A DNA stretch of 60,159 bases, counting the filler. It is 4 parts of 4 records of this genome, joined end to end, with 100 filler letters (N's around TTAATTAATTAA, not from the genome) between each part and the next. Parts side by side here need not be neighbours in the genome. Positions count along the whole stretch, not along the records: positions 36,286 to 60,159 come from DRR723986_5893; 3 more parts are not named here. One strand, 5' to 3'. Made by a program: the position numbers and the translations under genes. This document shows, one piece after another, positions 55,290 through 60,159 of this stretch (positions are counted from its first letter, which is position 1; each line of letters starts with the position of its first letter). The notes below the pieces were generated by a model. The model was not told where the DNA came from and searched no databases. It was given only the letters and a program-made list of their open reading frames with translations.

Positions 55290-56089
55290 CCCTTTGCCAG
55301 ACAGACCAAAGCTCCCAGCTTTCTAACGATACGCTGACCGCGTTTTTTGATGTAGCGACTCAATGGCTTACCAGAGCTCTGGTTAATGGCCAAACGGCTT
55401 TGCTCAATGTGGCTATCTCTCCTGTCAACTGGATGTGAAAAGAGCCTGGAGAAATACATCTCGATCCCTCCACTGACGAAGAACGCTCCCCAGGCATCAG
55501 CTAACTTCAAATGCTGCCTGTGAGAGTCGAGTATGGCTCGAGCGCTTTGCCGAGTAACACCGTAGCAACATGTCCGGTAGACATAATCATTCGAGTACCG
55601 CGGCAGTCGATATAGCTGATCTACACCACTCGGTTTACCAAAAATGTACTTTCTGGAGGGCATCCCTTCCTGTCCGCCAAAGATCACAACCGCGCCATTA
55701 CCAACCTGCGACATTTGCGACAGTGCAACCTCAAAATCGTCATCTGTCCCCAGAACATCATCTTCAATTATCAGACACCGCCTACGACCAGAATCCAGAA
55801 AGCGCTCGAGCACTTTTATATGGCTGAGCGAACATCCAACTTCAGCGGGAGAGAACAATCTGGAACCACTCGATACAGACGGAAAAACACGCGAGAAATA
55901 CTCTGCGGCCGCCAAGGCCCTCCCATCAACGGCCTGGACCCATTCCATAACCGGATAATGCCCCGGAAACCGTTGAGACAAAGCTTCGCGCCGATGCTCA
56001 TCTGCACTAAGAGAGACCAGGTAAATCGGGATATGGTATTGCACTGACTCTGGACTCCTTGACCTGGACCCAATTTGAAACATCGACAA
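55268..56089 (-). CDS. Glycosyltransferase family 25
   Basis: YLVSL..RR, AVDG, EVGCSLSH and IIEDD motifs. Confidence 0.9.
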   Translation of the reverse strand: MSMFQIGSRSRSPESVQYHIPIYLVSLSADEHRREALSQRFPGHYPVMEWVQAVDGRALAAAEYFSRVFPSVSSGSRLFSPAEVGCSLSHIKVLERFLDSGRRRCLIIEDDVLGTDDDFEVALSQMSQVGNGAVVIFGGQEGMPSRKYIFGKPSGVDQLYRLPRYSNDYVYRTCCYGVTRQSARAILDSHRQHLKLADAWGAFFVSGGIEMYFSRLFSHPVDRRDSHIEQSRLAINQSSGKPLSRYIKKRGQRIVRKLGALVCLAKGYRRVIC

Positions 56090-56095
56090 AAAATA

Positions 56096-56782
56096 CTAAT
56101 CGAACTCCCGGTCGGTCGGTATATTCCGCTTCCGCCACTTAGCTTCAGTTTCATGACGAATATCGTCAACTTCACGCCAGAATCTGTCTAGTTGCCAGTT
56201 GGCTGCAATCCGGGGAGCTACTTTTCCCAGGTAGGAGCGCAGTATAACCTCACGAAATCGCTGATCCGATATTCTAGAAGAGATGTTTGCCAGATTTCTC
56301 ATGGCGACCTTGGCTGGCACTCCCCTGCTGCACACCATGACATCGTCTTCATCAATTACCCAGACCTTCTCATCACGGTCCAGGAGAAAGTTTGTGAGGT
56401 TACCATCAGGCTGCACTATTCCCCTGTTATGCAACTCAGCGACGACCTCTCCCAGCATACCTAGCATGCTCAAGCGACGGTCGTCATCTGCAGCGTCTCG
56501 CAAAACCTCACGGAACGACTCACTACCTTGGAGGAATTCGGTTCCGAAGCCAAAACATCGGGCTGAGGGCACCCATCCGGAAAATACAACATCAGGAAAT
56601 CGGGCTCCTGCGCTTCTGATTCTCTGCCCCCTCCTTTTCGCTCGCCACCAGTGAAACAATCCGAAAAAGGGTTTCCGGTAACACTTGACAGCAACCCACT
56701 GACCGCTAACGCGCGCTTTATAGGTAATCCTTGTACGCCTTGTATTCGCATGTAACTCTTCAAGTAAATCAATCGATGCCAT
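56096..56782 (-). CDS. LPS kinase-like protein (Kdo/WaaP/InaA family)
   Basis: VAVKCY, LHNRGIVQPDGNLTNFL and VIDED kinase-fold motifs. Confidence 0.7.
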   Translation of the reverse strand: MASIDLLEELHANTRRTRITYKARVSGQWVAVKCYRKPFFGLFHWWRAKRRGQRIRSAGARFPDVVFSGWVPSARCFGFGTEFLQGSESFREVLRDAADDDRRLSMLGMLGEVVAELHNRGIVQPDGNLTNFLLDRDEKVWVIDEDDVMVCSRGVPAKVAMRNLANISSRISDQRFREVILRSYLGKVAPRIAANWQLDRFWREVDDIRHETEAKWRKRNIPTDREFD

Positions 56783-56795
56783 GGGTTCAAGCCGG

Positions 56796-57545
56796 TTATT
56801 TCGGTGAATGATCGCGCCACTCGGTTGACTGGTAGCCGAACAGTAAACGATTCCAGAGAACCGATTGCTCCCTATGACTCAACAAAGCACACCTCTTTTC
56901 TACTGAGCGACGAAGGCGCTCCAGGTTTCTCTGTTGCCAGGCGGCACCAACCTGTGCGTAACTGCCCGAAAGCAACTGGCACCGATCAAAATCAATGAGG
57001 AAGATTTGTTCGCCGGTCAGAAGAATGTTGTCGCAATTGAGGTCTACGTGATTCAAACCGGCTTCATGAAAGCGACGAATGACCTGCCCCAGCTCTAGCC
57101 ACAAGCCAGGATCTCGCAACCGCTCGCTCGCCGGAAGCGTTACAGCACCCGGAATTCGTTTGACGAGTATCGCCGCACGGTATAAGAACAGTCGGTGCCT
57201 CCAGGCAATAGCCGCAACCGGAACCGGAACCGGCAACCCTAAATCCTGCAGTTTTTTCAGTAAGCGGAACTCTGACAACGACCTCGTCGAATCATTTCCG
57301 GTGAACAAATAGGCATCCTCGACAACATGTGCCATCAACCCCCCTCGTCGGTAATGCCGAAGCACCATTTCCGAGGGCTCGGTCTCGATAAACCAGGCGC
57401 TACCTCTGCCACCGTCAGACACAGGTTTCGCTTTCGCCCCCCAATAATCAGGTGAAAACCAGGACTCATTTACATCGGGATACTCTGGGGCGGCAAGCAA
57501 TACTGACTTGTGAGAATCTGCAGGTCGACTTGTTGATAAGGTCAA
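56796..57545 (-). CDS. kdkA: 3-deoxy-D-manno-octulosonic acid (Kdo) kinase
   Basis: GRGSAWF, LRHYRRGG, HVDLNCDNIL, LIDFD and NLERLRRS motifs. Confidence 0.88.
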   Translation of the reverse strand: MTLSTSRPADSHKSVLLAAPEYPDVNESWFSPDYWGAKAKPVSDGGRGSAWFIETEPSEMVLRHYRRGGLMAHVVEDAYLFTGNDSTRSLSEFRLLKKLQDLGLPVPVPVAAIAWRHRLFLYRAAILVKRIPGAVTLPASERLRDPGLWLELGQVIRRFHEAGLNHVDLNCDNILLTGEQIFLIDFDRCQLLSGSYAQVGAAWQQRNLERLRRSVEKRCALLSHREQSVLWNRLLFGYQSTEWRDHSPK

Positions 57546-57671
57546 ATAGAAAGTTCCTCGGGGGCGAAAATCCCAAATTTACGATTACAGACGTTGCAAG
57601 CTCAGTAGGCTAGAATACGGTTCAGTTTACCAACCCGCTCCTGCGGGCTCCACACATCCAGTAGTTAAAGA

Positions 57672-58727
57672 TTGGAAACGGACAAAATCTTGCTCAACTC
57701 CATTTGCATCCTCCGCCTATCTGCTCTTGGTGATATCACTCACCTCATTCCCGTAGTACTTAGCCTTCAGGAACAACTCCCCAACGTCAAAATTACCTGG
57801 ATCATCGGCAAAATCGAGGCGAAACTGATTGGCGACCTGCCTGGTGTCGAGTTCATTATTTTTGACAAGAAGGCCGGCCGAGCTGGCTACGCAGAGCTTC
57901 GCCGGAAAATGAAGGATCGAAAGTTCGATGTTCTGTTACACATGCAGGTCGCTTTCCGAGCAAACCTGGCGGCGGCCTGCATCCCGGCGAAACTCAAAAT
58001 CGGCTACGACAAGGCCCGGAGCAAAGACCTCCACAGCCTGTTTATCAATCGGCGCATCGCGCCCGCACCGCACCAGCATGTCAGGGACTGCCTGGCAAGC
58101 TTTCTAGAGCCACTGGGGCTGAAAGCAGCACCTCCTAAATGGAAGATTCCGCTATCAGACGCTGACCACGAATTTGCTCATGCCCATCTGGCCAAGGACA
58201 GGAAGAACCTGGTCATCAGCCCCTGCGCCAGCCATACACTGCGCAACTGGCCCGCTGAACGCTATGCTCAGTTGGCCGATTACGCCATTGAAACTCATGG
58301 CATGAAGGTCATTCTGGTGGGCAGTCCCGCACCGTTCGAGAGAGAATATTGCAAGACTATCGAGAGCGCCATGAAACACCCGGTTCACAACATCTGCGGC
58401 CAGGATACCCTGAAACAGCTGACCGCCCTGATGACCCATGCAGACCTGGTTGTGGCCCCAGACACCGGTCCCGCGCACATCGCCAGCGCTGTGGGTACTG
58501 ACGTCCTGGGGTTGTATGCGGCCAGCAACCCCAACCGCTCAGGGCCTTACAATTCGCTGAAATGGTGTGTAAACCGCTATCCGGAAGCCCTGAAGCAATT
58601 CACCGGAAAAACCGTTGAAGAGGCCCGCTGGGGCGCCAAGGCGGAATTTGAAGGGGCGATGGAATTGGTATCGGTGGAGGATGTAACGGCTATGCTCGAT
58701 CGGTGGGTCGCGGAGCATTCAGGGTAA
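57672..58727 (+). CDS. Glycosyltransferase family 9 heptosyltransferase (OpsX-like)
   Basis: ILRLSALGD, ISPCAS...RNW and PDTGPAH motifs. Divergent from kdkA. Confidence 0.88.
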   Translation: METDKILLNSICILRLSALGDITHLIPVVLSLQEQLPNVKITWIIGKIEAKLIGDLPGVEFIIFDKKAGRAGYAELRRKMKDRKFDVLLHMQVAFRANLAAACIPAKLKIGYDKARSKDLHSLFINRRIAPAPHQHVRDCLASFLEPLGLKAAPPKWKIPLSDADHEFAHAHLAKDRKNLVISPCASHTLRNWPAERYAQLADYAIETHGMKVILVGSPAPFEREYCKTIESAMKHPVHNICGQDTLKQLTALMTHADLVVAPDTGPAHIASAVGTDVLGLYAASNPNRSGPYNSLKWCVNRYPEALKQFTGKTVEEARWGAKAEFEGAMELVSVEDVTAMLDRWVAEHSG

Positions 58728-58733
58728 CGGCAC

Positions 58734-58750
58734 CCGCCCCTCAGGGGCGG
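58734..58750. terminator. Short GC hairpin between convergent genes
   Basis: CCGCCCC-tca-GGGGCGG, with no clear U-tract. Confidence 0.4.
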
Positions 58751-58768
58751 ATGCATACTGAAATGGGA

Positions 58769-59176
58769 TTATTTCCGTGCGGTGTAGTCCTGGTAAGACT
58801 TCTCTTCCACAAAACGTGACCCCAGCGCCAGGTTCACTTCCTTTTTGATGGCCGCACGCTTGTCATTCGTAACATAGACAGCGCGTGCCAGCTCAATAAA
58901 GCGAGGACCAAAGTCCTGCTCCGCTTCCTGGTCACGGATGTCGTCCTCTATCACCCAAAGCTCCTCATTTACCGCTTTGAGCTGCTTACGCAGATTGGCG
59001 ATATCATCGGCTTTGTCAGCCACGGCTTCATCCCAGGTCTTGCTGAGCTCTTCCAGTTCAAGGCGAACATTCCTGACCTTTTCTTCGTCCTTGATGCGCT
59101 CGGATTTGATTTCGAGGATGGTGATCTTGTCCAGCACCTCACCAAAGGAAACGGGAACCTTGATTACATCTGCCAT
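58769..59176 (-). CDS. Conserved hypothetical protein (DUF6165-like)
   Basis: PVSFGEVLDKITILEIK, LWVIEDDIR, ARAVYVTND.R and EEKSY motifs. Confidence 0.8.
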   Translation of the reverse strand: MADVIKVPVSFGEVLDKITILEIKSERIKDEEKVRNVRLELEELSKTWDEAVADKADDIANLRKQLKAVNEELWVIEDDIRDQEAEQDFGPRFIELARAVYVTNDKRAAIKKEVNLALGSRFVEEKSYQDYTARK

Positions 59177-59202
59177 TGTCTCGTCCTGCTTGCTCGTGGA
59201 TT

Positions 59203-59244
59203 CCAAATAACAAGGCCGCCGGGGCCTGTTCAGCGCCGGCGGCC
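59203..59244 (-). terminator. Probable terminator after ilvE
   Basis: GGCCGCCGG/CCGGCGGCC stem followed on the minus strand by TTGTTATTT. Confidence 0.6.
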
Positions 59245-59267
59245 ACTTCATACAGATACTGGCTGGA

Positions 59268-60159
59268 TCAGCCTTTTACGTGGCTCAACCACTCTGAGTG
59301 CTTGTCCAGCTTCCCCTTCACCGCGTCAAAATACATGCTCTGCAGCTTTTCGGTAACGGGACCGCGCTTACCTTCACCGATCTGGCGACCATCCAGTTCG
59401 CGGATAGGCAGCACTTCGGCAGCCGTGCCAGTAAAGAACGCTTCCTCAGCAACGTACACCTCATCGCGGGTAATGCGGCGCTCTTTGACCTGCAGACCAA
59501 GGTCTCGGGCAAAGTCAATGATAGTGGCACGGGTGATACCTTCCAGGCAGGAAGTCAGCTCGGGGGTGTGCAATACACCATCACGCACGATAAAGATGTT
59601 CTCACCGGAACCTTCCGCCACGTAGCCCTCGTTATCCAGCAGCAGCGCTTCCTCGGCACCACCGGAGATGGCTTCATTCAGGGCCAGCATGGAATTGATG
59701 TAGTTACCATTGGCCTTCGCCTTGCACATGGTGATGTTTACATGGTGGCGAGTGTAGGACGAGGTGCGCACCTTGATGCCCAGCTCCTTCGCTTCCGGAG
59801 ACATGTAAGACGGCCAGCTCCAGGCCGCAACCATCACATGCACCTTCAGGTTGTCGGCACGCAGACCCATGCCCTCAGAGCCCAGAAATGCCATCGGGCG
59901 CAGATAGGCCTCATCGAGATTGTTTTCCCGCACCGCTGCTCGTTGGGCCTCGTTGATCTCGTCCTTTGAGAACGGCATCTTCATGTTCAGGATGTGCGCT
60001 GAACGGAACAGCCGATCGGTATGTTCTTTCAGGCGGAAAATCGCCGGGCCATTCGCGGTGTTGTAGGCACGCACACCTTCAAAGCAACCCAGGCCATAGT
60101 GCAGGGTGTGGGTGAGGACGTGGGTTTTGGCTTCCCGCCAGGGAACCATTTCACCATCC
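59268..60159 (-). CDS. ilvE: Branched-chain amino acid aminotransferase, 5'-truncated by the window end
   Basis: LHYGLGCFEG, AKANGNY (PLP Lys), EGSGENIF, LEGITR and FFTGTAAE motifs. Confidence 0.97.
   Translation of the reverse strand, partial: DGEMVPWREAKTHVLTHTLHYGLGCFEGVRAYNTANGPAIFRLKEHTDRLFRSAHILNMKMPFSKDEINEAQRAAVRENNLDEAYLRPMAFLGSEGMGLRADNLKVHVMVAAWSWPSYMSPEAKELGIKVRTSSYTRHHVNITMCKAKANGNYINSMLALNEAISGGAEEALLLDNEGYVAEGSGENIFIVRDGVLHTPELTSCLEGITRATIIDFARDLGLQVKERRITRDEVYVAEEAFFTGTAAEVLPIRELDGRQIGEGKRGPVTEKLQSMYFDAVKGKLDKHSEWLSHVKG

Overview
This window is not one locus. It is four unrelated contigs joined by three artificial 100-nt linkers (44 N + TTAATTAATTAA + 44 N) at 11087-11186, 25994-26093 and 36186-36285. 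Contig A (1-11086) is high-GC and Rhodobacteraceae-like. It holds the 3' half of a tRNA, an RpiR regulator, an uncharacterised four-gene operon led by a Tat-exported FAD oxidase, a DctB/DctD two-component system, an M20 amidohydrolase and a TRAP transporter. Contig B (11187-25993) is lower-GC and probably from the Bacteroidota-Chlorobi-Ignavibacteria group. It holds a secreted protein, a nucleotidyltransferase-metK-ahcY operon, a TolC-TetR-MFP-RND efflux operon and an outer-membrane protein. Contig C (26094-36185) is Rhodobacteraceae-like and mostly housekeeping: FadR/GntR regulator, OmpA, Kef antiporter, methyltransferase, Ada/Ogt, GNAT, nth, PfkB kinase, OsmC and a sulfotransferase. It also carries two copies of a twin GTCGAC-centred palindrome element. 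Contig D (36286-60159) is a gammaproteobacterial (Marinobacter-like) LPS core/O-antigen locus ending at ilvE. The strongest candidate for an undescribed system is in contig D: a Campylobacter MeOPN-type phosphoramidate pathway (Cj1418-, Cj1417- and Cj1416-like genes) embedded in an LPS locus. Its glutamine kinase carries an extra fused nucleotidyltransferase domain, no Cj1415-like kinase or methyltransferase is visible, and a sulfotransferase-fold gene abuts it as a candidate phosphoramidate transferase. Taxonomic and functional calls come from motif recognition only; no searches were run.
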